Shown here: positions 48,120 through 57,345 of the stretch, in pieces
Layout: every line of letters begins with the position of its first letter
Numbering within the stretch: the stretch's first letter is position 1
Source of the DNA: a virus
Lineage: Duplodnaviria; Heunggongvirae; Uroviricota; Caudoviricetes
Direction: 5' to 3' (one strand)
Length of the DNA: 64,000 bases
Virus record (IMG/VR): IMGVR_UViG_3300011008_000003
The notes under the pieces: model-generated
Told to the model about the DNA's origin: nothing
Seen by the model: the letters and a program-made list of their open reading frames with translations, nothing else
Database searches by the model: none
Made by a program: the position numbers and the translations under genes

Positions 48120-48503
48120 TATAGAACCTCCAGAATTTCTTTGAGTTCCTGTTTCTTGGCTTTCTTGAACTGGCGTCTTACGAATTCTTGTCTTTTTTCT
48201 TCCATTTTATCAAGGAGCTTGTCTACCGTAGAGAAATATACGGGTTTTCTATTAAGACAGGTTTTCGATAGGGTCTTGTCGAATACGATTAACATTTCAT
48301 GTGGTTCTTTATCTCCGTCGTAGAAAGTCAGGCGTGCTTCCCAAAGGACATTGTACATTTTATCGTACCCATGCGGTCGAGTGGTCATAATTGGACCAGT
48401 GTTCAAGTGTAAAAGTATAGTCGTCGAACTCGCACCAACGGGAACACTTCTCCAGTCGTGCTTTCATTTTCTTGTTGACTGCTGCGTAATTGTTATTGTT
48501 CAT
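48119..48503 (-). pseudogene. Family A CT-tag gene with apparent frameshift
   Basis: Coupled ATG at 48503 opens a 47-aa frame stopping at 48360; family A C-half (KMEEKRQEF...KEILEVL) is in another frame. Confidence 0.55.
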
Positions 48504-48919
48504 GGTAGGGAATCGATAATCTGTTCTATTGCGGTATTACAAAGCTTTAAATAGTCACCTTTGATAAATTCAAGGCGGTATTCTTCCATTTTGCGCATCA
48601 TGCCGGCCAATGTCTGAGCACATGGGTAATATTCTTCCGTATTTGATTTATTGCTTAAAGGTAATCTTATTCTATAGGTTTTATTACCGTGCTCGTCGAC
48701 GAAGACTTCACCATAGACTTTCCAGCAGGCGAACCTGGTTCTTCCGGGTCTAGGGTCCGTAACGTCTATCCAGACAACGTATTTTCGGTCTTGCCAGTTT
48801 TTATATTGGCAAAAATCGTGGAGATCGTCGTCGAGGTTATAGTCATACATTTTCATGGCGATGCTGAGAGCATTCTTTTCGAGATTCTCAAATATTTTTG
48901 AAATGTCTATATATTTCAT
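48500..48919 (-). CDS. CT-tag island protein, family A
   Basis: DDLH / CWKVYGE / KMEEYRLEF; ends NTAIEQIIDSLP. Confidence 0.8.
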   Translation of the reverse strand: MKYIDISKIFENLEKNALSIAMKMYDYNLDDDLHDFCQYKNWQDRKYVVWIDVTDPRPGRTRFACWKVYGEVFVDEHGNKTYRIRLPLSNKSNTEEYYPCAQTLAGMMRKMEEYRLEFIKGDYLKLCNTAIEQIIDSLP

Positions 48920-49314
48920 TTCAATACCTCGATAGCCATTGTTGTCGCTGCATTTTCAAAATGCATACTGTGTGCCTTGACGAATTCCTTTCGTTCGTAT
49001 TCCATCGCAGAAATAAGAGACTTTAAATCTGGAAATTCATTCCAGCCTAAATCTTCATAAACCCTGTTAAAATGGTCATACTTAACTTTATATAGATATT
49101 TGTCTATGTCGCAGTAAATTCTGGATTCGGCTGACCAGACATCAACACGTTCACAATATTCCTTGAACGGTGCCGGTACATAAAGAAAAAACGACACATA
49201 GTCATTGCTATCGAAATGTGTTGCATAGTCATATAAATCATATTTACAGAGCGGTTTATAATTAGTATAACGCTCTATTAAAATATCGCAAAGTTCTGTC
49301 ATTATATCTTTCAT
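48916..49314 (-). CDS. CT-tag island protein, family A, leaderless
   Basis: AMEYERKEF; ends NAATTMAIEVLK. Confidence 0.8.
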   Translation of the reverse strand: MKDIMTELCDILIERYTNYKPLCKYDLYDYATHFDSNDYVSFFLYVPAPFKEYCERVDVWSAESRIYCDIDKYLYKVKYDHFNRVYEDLGWNEFPDLKSLISAMEYERKEFVKAHSMHFENAATTMAIEVLK

Positions 49315-49389
49315 GACCATAATATAGTAAAACATTTCCTAACCGTAAACGGGTTGACAGACATAAAATATATTACTATATTGCATACC

Positions 49390-49839
49390 ATGAAGACTCT
49401 CAATGAATGTATCGCAGAAGGATTCGAGCCTACGAGAAAGTACGGCTGGTTCGACTATAAGCGTGACTATGTACGCAAGATATGGAAACTTGCGGAAGAG
49501 ATGGGTTTTGAAAAGAGTTTCGGATATAACAGGTGGTGTTATTATTATAACATAGAATTACCAGAAATTCCAGGTAGGCCTTGGGCTAAACATACCCGAG
49601 GATATTATTTTATGTTTTTTGATTGCGACGGTCAATGTCTGCCTGAAATGAGAATGTTCATAAGTAATCCGCAGGCTTTGGACACGGCATTGTTGACTAC
49701 ATATCCAGTAAAAGAATTTAAATACGCGATAGTACCGGAAAAGGTTATTTTGGATATGTTTACCAAATTTGACCATCCGGATAAATTTTTACTGTATCTC
49801 GAAAACTGGAATAACAACAATATACTGGATGCATTATAA
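49390..49839 (+). CDS. CT-tag island protein, family B, leaderless
   Basis: TTGACA(49354)/TATATT(49377); ends NWNNNNILDAL. Confidence 0.8.
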   Translation: MKTLNECIAEGFEPTRKYGWFDYKRDYVRKIWKLAEEMGFEKSFGYNRWCYYYNIELPEIPGRPWAKHTRGYYFMFFDCDGQCLPEMRMFISNPQALDTALLTTYPVKEFKYAIVPEKVILDMFTKFDHPDKFLLYLENWNNNNILDAL

Positions 49840-49841
49840 AA

Positions 49842-50183
49842 ATGAAAAGAAATGATTTCAATATTACATGGACACCGATGTATTTAACGAGTATTCTTAC
49901 CGATGCTGGATGGCGTCAGCATTATGGATATGAATTGACATACTGTAAAGGAAACTATGTAATTCGTGGGCTTGCTAGTGATAACAAAATATATGAATTA
50001 AAGCTCTGGTCTATGGACAAGTATATCGCGACAACCAGTAGTCCATATCGTGGCTGTCAGCATTATGAACATTTTAATGTTCCGATTGAAGAAATAATTG
50101 CTGGCGCGGAAGGCGACTTAAATACGCTTGAAATGCGTATGAACTATTACGAGACTCGCAGGGCAGTCGAGGAATTGGATTAG
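49842..50183 (+). CDS. CT-tag island protein, family B
   Basis: Ends NYYETRRAVEELD. Confidence 0.8.
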   Translation: MKRNDFNITWTPMYLTSILTDAGWRQHYGYELTYCKGNYVIRGLASDNKIYELKLWSMDKYIATTSSPYRGCQHYEHFNVPIEEIIAGAEGDLNTLEMRMNYYETRRAVEELD

Positions 50184-50184
50184 T

Positions 50185-50559
50185 ATGGAAAAGTATATGT
50201 TTTCGCTTAAATATGTAGACCGTATTTTACAAAAACACGGTTATACTAAGTTATCTGAAGATAAGACCTCTGATACTAATCAATGTAAGATTTATTTTAA
50301 AGCGAATTTAATTGTACAGGTATATTTTAATGCAGACTTGATTGGGCATGAAGTAACTAATATTGCCATTGTCGATAATAACTTTAGTCTGCCTGACATG
50401 TATAAACGGTTTGTCGCTACTACTCAATCTGAAAGCGTTATATTTAAATATGATAGCATACCGATAGAAAAAATATTAGATTTGGCAATCGGCAATACTG
50501 CAACGCTTAATATGCGAATCGAGAATAGCATTACAGAAGAAGCTCTGGAGCAACTATGA
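50185..50559 (+). CDS. CT-tag island protein, family B
   Basis: Ends NSITEEALEQL. Confidence 0.8.
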   Translation: MEKYMFSLKYVDRILQKHGYTKLSEDKTSDTNQCKIYFKANLIVQVYFNADLIGHEVTNIAIVDNNFSLPDMYKRFVATTQSESVIFKYDSIPIEKILDLAIGNTATLNMRIENSITEEALEQL

Positions 50560-50999
50560 TAGGAACGGTTAATTTAAAGGCAGCACATCAAGGAAATAAG
50601 TACGAGATAATGGAAATCGAAGATTATGCACGTAGTCTTGGTTTTTCTGATGTTCCTGGTTTTAAATCCAAGCTTGAAAGTCTTACAGCTAAACTAATAA
50701 AGACTACTAAAGACGGATTTTTTATTCTTGAACTTTGTGATGGTACATGCGGCGGAATATACGGTATCAATGCCTGGCTGTCATGGGAAGATAAATTCCC
50801 GTCTGGTAATCGTGGCACAGTGAAAGGTCAACTATTAGTTTCCGCTTTTAGTTCAGCATATAATATTTGCGATGTCGGCGTAAAAACATTTAAAGAAATG
50901 CTTCGCACATTGGATATGATTGAAGGTAAATGTGGTAATTATGGTTCCGAATATTATATCAATAATTGGTATCATGCTGCCTTGATGGAGACATTATGA
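50556..50999 (+). CDS. CT-tag island protein
   Basis: Ends NWYHAALMETL. Confidence 0.8.
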   Translation: MIGTVNLKAAHQGNKYEIMEIEDYARSLGFSDVPGFKSKLESLTAKLIKTTKDGFFILELCDGTCGGIYGINAWLSWEDKFPSGNRGTVKGQLLVSAFSSAYNICDVGVKTFKEMLRTLDMIEGKCGNYGSEYYINNWYHAALMETL

Positions 51000-51367
51000 G
51001 CAGTCATAGCCTATATCATTTTTTAACTAAGAAATGCGGTTTTAAGGAAGTATCGATTGGTAATCGTAAGCATGTGTCATGGGAAATGGACTGGCGCGGG
51101 TGTGTAAAGAACGATATTTTTGTCTTAAAGCTTGGAAGCTGCTATGAAGGGTTTACGTATGCCTGCGGTGAACTTGTAGTAAATGCCCTTGGGTATCATG
51201 ATATGAAAACGATTTTAATTTCTACAGACCCAAAGGAAAAAGAAGCAGCACATATCATAAAGAAAGATTTATTTAAGGATATGCTTTTGAATTCTGATAA
51301 CTATTACGAGTTGCTTCGGCGAGTAACTAATTATAGTAATCGGAAAGCTTTGGAAGTTTTGGAGTAA
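50996..51367 (+). CDS. CT-tag island protein, family B
   Basis: ATGA overlap; ends NYSNRKALEVLE. Confidence 0.8.
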   Translation: MSSHSLYHFLTKKCGFKEVSIGNRKHVSWEMDWRGCVKNDIFVLKLGSCYEGFTYACGELVVNALGYHDMKTILISTDPKEKEAAHIIKKDLFKDMLLNSDNYYELLRRVTNYSNRKALEVLE

Positions 51368-51439
51368 CGTAAAATTTTTACATTTGTGTGACATTTATGA
51401 TTAGAAAACGTATATTTAATATGAATAGGGAGGTTCGAT

Positions 51440-51856
51440 ATGCATGTACAGAAATTTGACATAAACGGACTTACTCCGGATCATGAAAAGGAATTATTCG
51501 AAGGTAATTCCTTGATATTGATATACACAGGAAATATTCTTGGTGGCGGAGATTTAAAGTATATCGTCATGCGACCAGAAAATGACGGTAGCGATAAATC
51601 TATAATCGAACAGGCTTTTATCAAATTCTCCGGTTGGGGAAAGAAAGCAATCCTGTACAGTACGGTTATTACGGCGTGCCTTAATCCAAGCCTTGTATTG
51701 TCACAGACAGATATTTCTGCGAGAATCTATTACGTAGATAACAATACGCCGATGTACGGGAATATAAACATTTCTGAATACTTTTCTAACATAAGAATGA
51801 AACTTGAAAATGCAATACTTGAGGATATAATAGATGGATTGCCATGCCTTGAATGA
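51440..51856 (+). CDS. CT-tag island protein
   Basis: GGAGG; ends NAILEDIIDGLPCLE. Confidence 0.8.
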   Translation: MHVQKFDINGLTPDHEKELFEGNSLILIYTGNILGGGDLKYIVMRPENDGSDKSIIEQAFIKFSGWGKKAILYSTVITACLNPSLVLSQTDISARIYYVDNNTPMYGNINISEYFSNIRMKLENAILEDIIDGLPCLE

Positions 51857-52202
51857 AATCGAATTGTTAAGATACGGAAGATTAGAAAAAATCGATAAAG
51901 AAGATTGGTTTTTTGAACGGTTAAGTCTTGACGAAGCGCCAAATAAAATAGATGAACTTTCAGTTTATACTGATATTAAAAGACATCCTCAATTAAAGGA
52001 ATGTTATATTTACATATTATGCATGACAAAAGACGGTTGTACAATCGGTGATTATGATTATACGGAATATGAATATTTTAAGTCAAAAGAAGACTTTAAT
52101 AAGGCATGCGATGAATATAAAGGAAGTGCCGAAAAATGTCATAATCGGTATATAGAATACATGAACAATTATCACAAACATTTATTAGATGAAACAATAT
52201 GA
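51834..52202 (+). CDS. CT-tag island protein
   Basis: Ends NYHKHLLDETI. Confidence 0.75.
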   Translation: MDCHALNEIELLRYGRLEKIDKEDWFFERLSLDEAPNKIDELSVYTDIKRHPQLKECYIYILCMTKDGCTIGDYDYTEYEYFKSKEDFNKACDEYKGSAEKCHNRYIEYMNNYHKHLLDETI

Positions 52203-52744
52203 GTAATATCAAAGATAATCTTACAGTAGCAACAGCATCAAACGGTACTAAATCAGTAGTATCTTTACCAACATTAGTAGGTGATTCTTCAGCCTCGTCC
52301 ATAACGATAGATTCATCGTCCGTCATTTCATTAGACGATGGAACACCGGTAAAGCTATATGTAGACAGGTTTCAAAAAGCACATCATGAAGCATTGGAAA
52401 AGATTACAGACTGGCTTGTAGAAACACAGAAGGCAGAACTTGCAAAAGGTTATATGTGTAGCTGGTCAAGGATTGTCTGTGGATTTGAAATCCGTATAAG
52501 CTTTATGGATTCAGGTATGATAAACAGTGCATATGATTTGTATATAGAGATTAAGTCTGTTACAGAGTCAGGAAGAACACCGGTATCGAAACATATCTTT
52601 TTCTCGACGGACAATGCAGTATATGACTGGTTTAAACAACATGATATTAATAAGCTTATAGATAGACTTGAAGAAAGCGTTAAAGAATATTTTAAGGCAT
52701 ACAGTAACTTGAATACCGTAATTGACCTGGAATTAAATCTATGA
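52199..52744 (+). CDS. CT-tag island protein (DLELxL variant)
   Basis: Ends SNLNTVIDLELNL. Confidence 0.8.
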   Translation: MSNIKDNLTVATASNGTKSVVSLPTLVGDSSASSITIDSSSVISLDDGTPVKLYVDRFQKAHHEALEKITDWLVETQKAELAKGYMCSWSRIVCGFEIRISFMDSGMINSAYDLYIEIKSVTESGRTPVSKHIFFSTDNAVYDWFKQHDINKLIDRLEESVKEYFKAYSNLNTVIDLELNL

Positions 52745-53031
52745 CATATAATAACAAGTCATTAGATATAACGATAGCACAGTTGGCTTTCGGTGATGCA
52801 GAGCCTACGGATTTGCATATATTTTATAATTTGGATAAACATAATTTTAGAATATTTTCATACGATCAGGATAGGTTTGCATGTAAGAACGGAATATTTT
52901 CGGTAGAATATCCATTGCCTGAAAATATGTCGCCGGTAACGTTTATTGAGAATATGACAAAGAATAAAAAAGATGTCTATATATTCTTTGTAAACATGTA
53001 TCATACAAAATTATTGGAAACATTAGAATGA
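52741..53031 (+). CDS. CT-tag island protein
   Basis: Ends NMYHTKLLETLE. Confidence 0.8.
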   Translation: MTYNNKSLDITIAQLAFGDAEPTDLHIFYNLDKHNFRIFSYDQDRFACKNGIFSVEYPLPENMSPVTFIENMTKNKKDVYIFFVNMYHTKLLETLE

Positions 53032-53453
53032 CCTGGGAAGAATGCGAAAAGTATTTGATTGAACATGATTTTAAACTGGTAGATTCGCGTGAAGAAAACC
53101 AATTCTATCAAGGCTCGACGGCAGGTAGAACTTTAAGAAAAGACCGATATGAAGTTGAAATTGTATATAAAGAAGATCTTGAACCTATATTGATTTGTCG
53201 GGTAATTTTTAAAGAAAAAGAACCTGATGTATTTTATTTTGAAGAATGTTCTGAAACTTTAATGTGTACAGATAAAAGATTACTGAATGAATTAATAAAT
53301 ACGCATTTAGGTGAAGAACTTTATGTACGTGAAACTAAACGCGGCGGGATGTCAATCGAAGTATTCTTGAAGGTCGTTACCGGTGATATGGATAAGTATT
53401 GGCTGAAAGTAGATAACCTTAATAATTATGAAGCAATAAATGCATTAAGTTAA
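53028..53453 (+). CDS. CT-tag island protein, family B
   Basis: Ends NLNNYEAINALS. Confidence 0.8.
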   Translation: MTWEECEKYLIEHDFKLVDSREENQFYQGSTAGRTLRKDRYEVEIVYKEDLEPILICRVIFKEKEPDVFYFEECSETLMCTDKRLLNELINTHLGEELYVRETKRGGMSIEVFLKVVTGDMDKYWLKVDNLNNYEAINALS

Positions 53454-53455
53454 TT

Positions 53456-53776
53456 ATGGAACGTAAAGAGTTAAATGTGTTATTAGACTATGGTTTTAAA
53501 ATAGATAAATATGAACATGTCTATAGAAAAGAAAATTATTATGTAGCATGGGCACCTGGTGCAAAAGCACCATTACTTATTGATGACTCTGTAAAAGCTT
53601 TATCTTCAGATCGATATTTAATGACTACTGCGGGAAATCTTCTTGGTTATAAGTATTGTAATGTACCTAAAAAATTATTTTTTAAATTTTTATCAGGTGA
53701 TTTACGGAATCTTAGAGTATTGTTATGGAATTATGAATTGGAAAAAACATTGGAGAACTTAAATGGCTGCGCTTAA
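53456..53776 (+). CDS. CT-tag island protein, family B
   Basis: Ends NYELEKTLENLNGCA. Confidence 0.8.
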   Translation: MERKELNVLLDYGFKIDKYEHVYRKENYYVAWAPGAKAPLLIDDSVKALSSDRYLMTTAGNLLGYKYCNVPKKLFFKFLSGDLRNLRVLLWNYELEKTLENLNGCA

Positions 53777-54134
53777 TGAAGTAATACAATGGTCTCCTGA
53801 AATAGAACAGAAAATAGATTCAAAATTATTATCTGCTGGGTTTGAATCATCATTAACACCTGATACACTTTATTATCATAAAGATAATTGCGAGTTTAAG
53901 ATTTGGAAAGTACGAACTGGTTGTTTTTGTTTTGTTAAGTTATTATCTTGGAATGATGTTAATGATGATATTTTCCTTATAGCAAGCAATAATAATAGTT
54001 ATTATAGATACAGAAATCTTTCACTGGATGAAATACTAAATATATTGACTACATGTAAAGATATTAGTAAATTGGAGATGTATATGGCAAACAGAGATAA
54101 CTTAAAAGCACTGGAGGTTCTTGCATGCCGTTAG
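53763..54134 (+). CDS. CT-tag island protein, family B
   Basis: Ends NRDNLKALEVLACR. Confidence 0.8.
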   Translation: MAALNEVIQWSPEIEQKIDSKLLSAGFESSLTPDTLYYHKDNCEFKIWKVRTGCFCFVKLLSWNDVNDDIFLIASNNNSYYRYRNLSLDEILNILTTCKDISKLEMYMANRDNLKALEVLACR

Positions 54135-54610
54135 ACGAACCGGTACGTTTTGGTGAATTTAAAAACGAATTACTTAAATTATTTAAGACATGTAAAGCTA
54201 CGCCTGATATTAACACTAATTTACAGGTATATCATCCGTATTCAATCGCTGTTACGTATAAGTTGAACCATTCTACATGGAAATTGGAAATGGACCCGGG
54301 TAGTCCGATTGCAAGTATATTTAATAGTGAATATACACAAGATTTTATAGTAAATTCAACTATTACATTTGAATTTTATTATATGACAAGCACAATGGAC
54401 GCAACTGATGTTTATGCGGTAAGAATTAAAATATCGCATTTATATAATGTTAAAGAAAAAACATTTATGTATAATAGCCTTAAAGAATTTATGAAAACAT
54501 TTACAGAAATATTTAACCTATTTAAATCATGTATTGAGTCTAAGAGTACAGAAAATATCGATTTAGTAATCAAGAATTACGAAAATTATTGTGCGATTTC
54601 TCAATTATAA
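54125..54610 (+). CDS. CT-tag island protein
   Basis: Ends NYENYCAISQL. Confidence 0.8.
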   Translation: MPLDEPVRFGEFKNELLKLFKTCKATPDINTNLQVYHPYSIAVTYKLNHSTWKLEMDPGSPIASIFNSEYTQDFIVNSTITFEFYYMTSTMDATDVYAVRIKISHLYNVKEKTFMYNSLKEFMKTFTEIFNLFKSCIESKSTENIDLVIKNYENYCAISQL

Positions 54611-54614
54611 AAAA

Positions 54615-54638
54615 TAATCCTGACGAATGTCAGGATTA
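54615..54638. terminator. Hairpin between convergent genes
   Basis: TAATCCTGAC-GAAT-GTCAGGATTA. Confidence 0.65.
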
Positions 54639-54665
54639 ATGATATATAAAGGAATCTGGACTTAA

Positions 54666-55604
54666 TTACTTAATGACAGGCTTAGTCTGACGTGCCTTGA
54701 TTGCTTCCATCTTGATCTGCTTCTTAGCAGCTTCAATCTTCTGGCGAATCTTAGCATTGATGCACTTGAGAATGTCTTCTTCAAGCAAGTCATAACGAGA
54801 GTTATAGACTTTACCCATCAAGTAATCGGACTTATCGCTGAGCGGCTTGCCCTTACGAGCATAGAAGTTGAAAGCTTCGGTCTTGGTTTCGTCAGCAGGA
54901 GCTTCTTCCTCTTCAGAACCACCTTCTTCACCTTCGCTAGATTCTTCCGAGGAACTTCCTTCAGAAGATTCACCGCCTTCTTCTCCGCCTTCTTCAGATC
55001 CAGATTCTTCACCACCTTCTTCGGAACCGGATTCTTCTCCACCTTCTTCCGAACCGAAGTCATCCATGGAATCTTCTCCACCTTCTTCGCCGCCGAAGTC
55101 TTCAGCCGGTTCTTCGCCGCCGATGTCTCCACCAACGTCACCGCCTTCTTCGCCGCCTTCAGGTTCCTTATTGAGGTTATCAACCTTGTCAGTAAGGGTC
55201 TGGATAGCTGTGGTTAATGTTGCAAGAATATCTTTAAGTTCGCTTGTACCTTCAGTTTCATCCGGAGTACCGTCGTCTTCTTTTTCTTCAGAAGATTCAC
55301 CGCCGAAGTCTTCGAGGTTATCCTTTTCTTCTTCTTCAGAATCGTCAGATTCGTCACCAGACAAAGAAGCATCGTCACCGGCAGTTTCTTCAGAACCCTC
55401 TTCGCCAGTCGGTTCTTCGGAAATATCGACATCATCGCTCGGTTCTTCTACGGAACCATCGGTGGGTTCTTTATTCTGTTCTTCACCAGTAGAATCATCC
55501 GGGGAAACAGTATCTTCTTCAGAACCGTCGAGGAAATCCTCGTTGAGGCCCTTGGCCTTCTTCCAGTTCTTGAACTTAATATCTTCGTAGTTATGAGTTT
55601 TCAT
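54666..55604 (-). CDS. Highly acidic late protein (scaffold/core-like)
   Basis: TATAAATA; E/G/S/D low-complexity repeats; short coiled coil; LNE near N-terminus. Confidence 0.6.
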   Translation of the reverse strand: MKTHNYEDIKFKNWKKAKGLNEDFLDGSEEDTVSPDDSTGEEQNKEPTDGSVEEPSDDVDISEEPTGEEGSEETAGDDASLSGDESDDSEEEEKDNLEDFGGESSEEKEDDGTPDETEGTSELKDILATLTTAIQTLTDKVDNLNKEPEGGEEGGDVGGDIGGEEPAEDFGGEEGGEDSMDDFGSEEGGEESGSEEGGEESGSEEGGEEGGESSEGSSSEESSEGEEGGSEEEEAPADETKTEAFNFYARKGKPLSDKSDYLMGKVYNSRYDLLEEDILKCINAKIRQKIEAAKKQIKMEAIKARQTKPVIK

Positions 55605-55659
55605 TTAAAATTCCTTTATATATTCTTTATTATTTATAAAAGTTTTTTCGGGTCCCTTT

Positions 55660-56073
55660 TTAGAGCGTGTTTTTATATAATTGGTATTCCGGGGAATTGT
55701 AAAGTTCATTGAATTTCTTATCAAGTTCGAGAGCTTTCGTAAAACTTTTGACCTCGTTACATACGATTGTCTTAAATTCCTGGAAAAACTTAGAGAATGA
55801 ATCCTTGAAGTTCTTGGAATATTTAAATACGTCCATAACGGTATATGGCTTATAGGCAAGGTTCAATTCCTTGATTGCGCTTGCGCTAATATTGTCCTTG
55901 ATGAACTTTTCGGTAATATCGATTGCGGCCTTGAGCTGTTCATCTTTCTTCACGACGTCGAGATCTGCACCGGTAAGGACTTTCGGTACAATCAGCGTAT
56001 AAATCATAGGATTATTTTCCATTTTGCTGAATTCGACAGATTCATTCATTATATATTCTTTAAGTTTAGCCAT
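55660..56073 (-). CDS. Late hypothetical protein
   Basis: Follows 56400 in operon; KLKEYIMNES N-terminus. Confidence 0.75.
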   Translation of the reverse strand: MAKLKEYIMNESVEFSKMENNPMIYTLIVPKVLTGADLDVVKKDEQLKAAIDITEKFIKDNISASAIKELNLAYKPYTVMDVFKYSKNFKDSFSKFFQEFKTIVCNEVKSFTKALELDKKFNELYNSPEYQLYKNTL

Positions 56074-56076
56074 AAA

Positions 56077-56400
56077 TTACCTTTTATGAGATTCCTTGAA
56101 TGACTTGTACTGTGCGGCAATTTCTGCAAGAGAGATAGCAATCTGGTTAAGTGTACCCTTGATTTCCTTAATATCTTCCTTTATGCCAGAATTTTCATTC
56201 ATAAGGTATTCAATATCTTTTTGCTTAAGTTCAACATCCTTTTCAAGCGAAGCTATGCGGTCCTGTAATTTCTTATTTGTATCATCACGGGAAACCGCTG
56301 TATTCTTACGCTGTAAAAACACGATAACATAAACAATCACACCGGTAAATATCGCAGTGGCGTTACCAGATTGAAATGCAGTTGTCAGTAAATCTTCCAT
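56077..56400 (-). CDS. TM + coiled-coil late protein (holin-like candidate)
   Basis: TM AIFTGVIVYVIVFL then heptad repeat; TATAAATA. Confidence 0.5.
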   Translation of the reverse strand: MEDLLTTAFQSGNATAIFTGVIVYVIVFLQRKNTAVSRDDTNKKLQDRIASLEKDVELKQKDIEYLMNENSGIKEDIKEIKGTLNQIAISLAEIAAQYKSFKESHKR

Positions 56401-56451
56401 TTTAAATTATTCCTTATAACATTATTTATAATATGTTACACTAATACCTTT

Positions 56452-57345
56452 TTAACAATAGTAGAATTTCTCCGGGTTTGATTCGGATAACGCAATAATC
56501 GTTTCTGGAGTTGCCTTGACGAATTCTGTAGTAGGTAAACCGGCCAGGTTATTTGCGAGAAGCTTGATGTCTTCAATACACTGGGCAATATCGGCCTTGT
56601 TAGACCTAATTCTGACCATGTTCTCTTCGACACTCTTTTTAACTTTATCGAGGTCGTCCTGGCTTACAAGACCGCCAGCACTTATGGTACTGTTAGCAGC
56701 CATAGCACCCATGACAATATCTTTACCTACACGGAGCGGCCTGTCAAGCGTACCGTCACCGACGATAGTCATGTCATGAGGAACTCTGTCACCGTAGTAA
56801 TAGTCCTTTAACGAGTCGGACCAAATCTTTAGGTCACCCTTACCTACAGTTCCGTCGTCATGAATACCAATATCACAGTAGGCAGAAATTGCACTGTAAT
56901 CGGCTTTTTCATTCATCCCGTCATATAAAGCCGAAAGGTTATCGTAAATGTTAGGAATGTATGCGGCAGAATTCCAGATAGCGGAATTTGCGGACACGGT
57001 ATAGTAACAATCACGAATCGCACTGTAATCGTCCATGTCTTGGACTTTTTCATAAATGGCAGAAAGCGCTTCCGGGTCGAATGCGGTCAATCCGCTAAGT
57101 CCGGAATAACTATTCCACAAAGCCATGTCTGCTGAAGTTACACAAAGACAATCAGATTCTCCAGGGTAACAACAGTCTACGGGATAAGGAACCACATGTG
57201 CTGGTTCAGTATCATTCCACCTACGGCTATAGCCATGAGGCCAGTCGGCATGGGGCGCATAAGGCCATTCAGGATAATGCGGGATATTATCCGGTGAATC
57301 CGGTCTCGGAGGTGGATATAGATGTGCGAATTTATTCGGTTTCAT
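56452..57345 (-). CDS. Late, probably virion-associated protein
   Basis: TATAAATA; GDGTLDRPL motif seen in fibre-type proteins; C-terminal coiled coil. Confidence 0.5.
   Translation of the reverse strand: MKPNKFAHLYPPPRPDSPDNIPHYPEWPYAPHADWPHGYSRRWNDTEPAHVVPYPVDCCYPGESDCLCVTSADMALWNSYSGLSGLTAFDPEALSAIYEKVQDMDDYSAIRDCYYTVSANSAIWNSAAYIPNIYDNLSALYDGMNEKADYSAISAYCDIGIHDDGTVGKGDLKIWSDSLKDYYYGDRVPHDMTIVGDGTLDRPLRVGKDIVMGAMAANSTISAGGLVSQDDLDKVKKSVEENMVRIRSNKADIAQCIEDIKLLANNLAGLPTTEFVKATPETIIALSESNPEKFYYC

Larger units (their letters stand above)
609..51416. promoter_or_regulatory. Dispersed early promoter cassette 'Pe' (~80 copies, both strands): CYG-N24-TT[T/G]AC[A/G]-N17-TATATT, then usually AAACAAGAGGT RBS
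   Basis: Examples of -35/-10 pairs: 636/659, 1698/1721, 6280/6303, 9490/9513, 11038/11061, 12754/12777, 21561/21584, 32670/32693, 43556/43579. Spacer is 17 bp and the -10 is normally preceded by TTTTC. Inverted copies near 36689, 37187, 41658, 42163, 42528, 42774, 43421. Confidence 0.93.

Noticed and set aside
7995-55460. Short tandem DNA repeats in the vWA linker and the acidic late protein as contingency loci
   Set aside because: In-frame, imperfect, and explained by low-complexity protein sequence.
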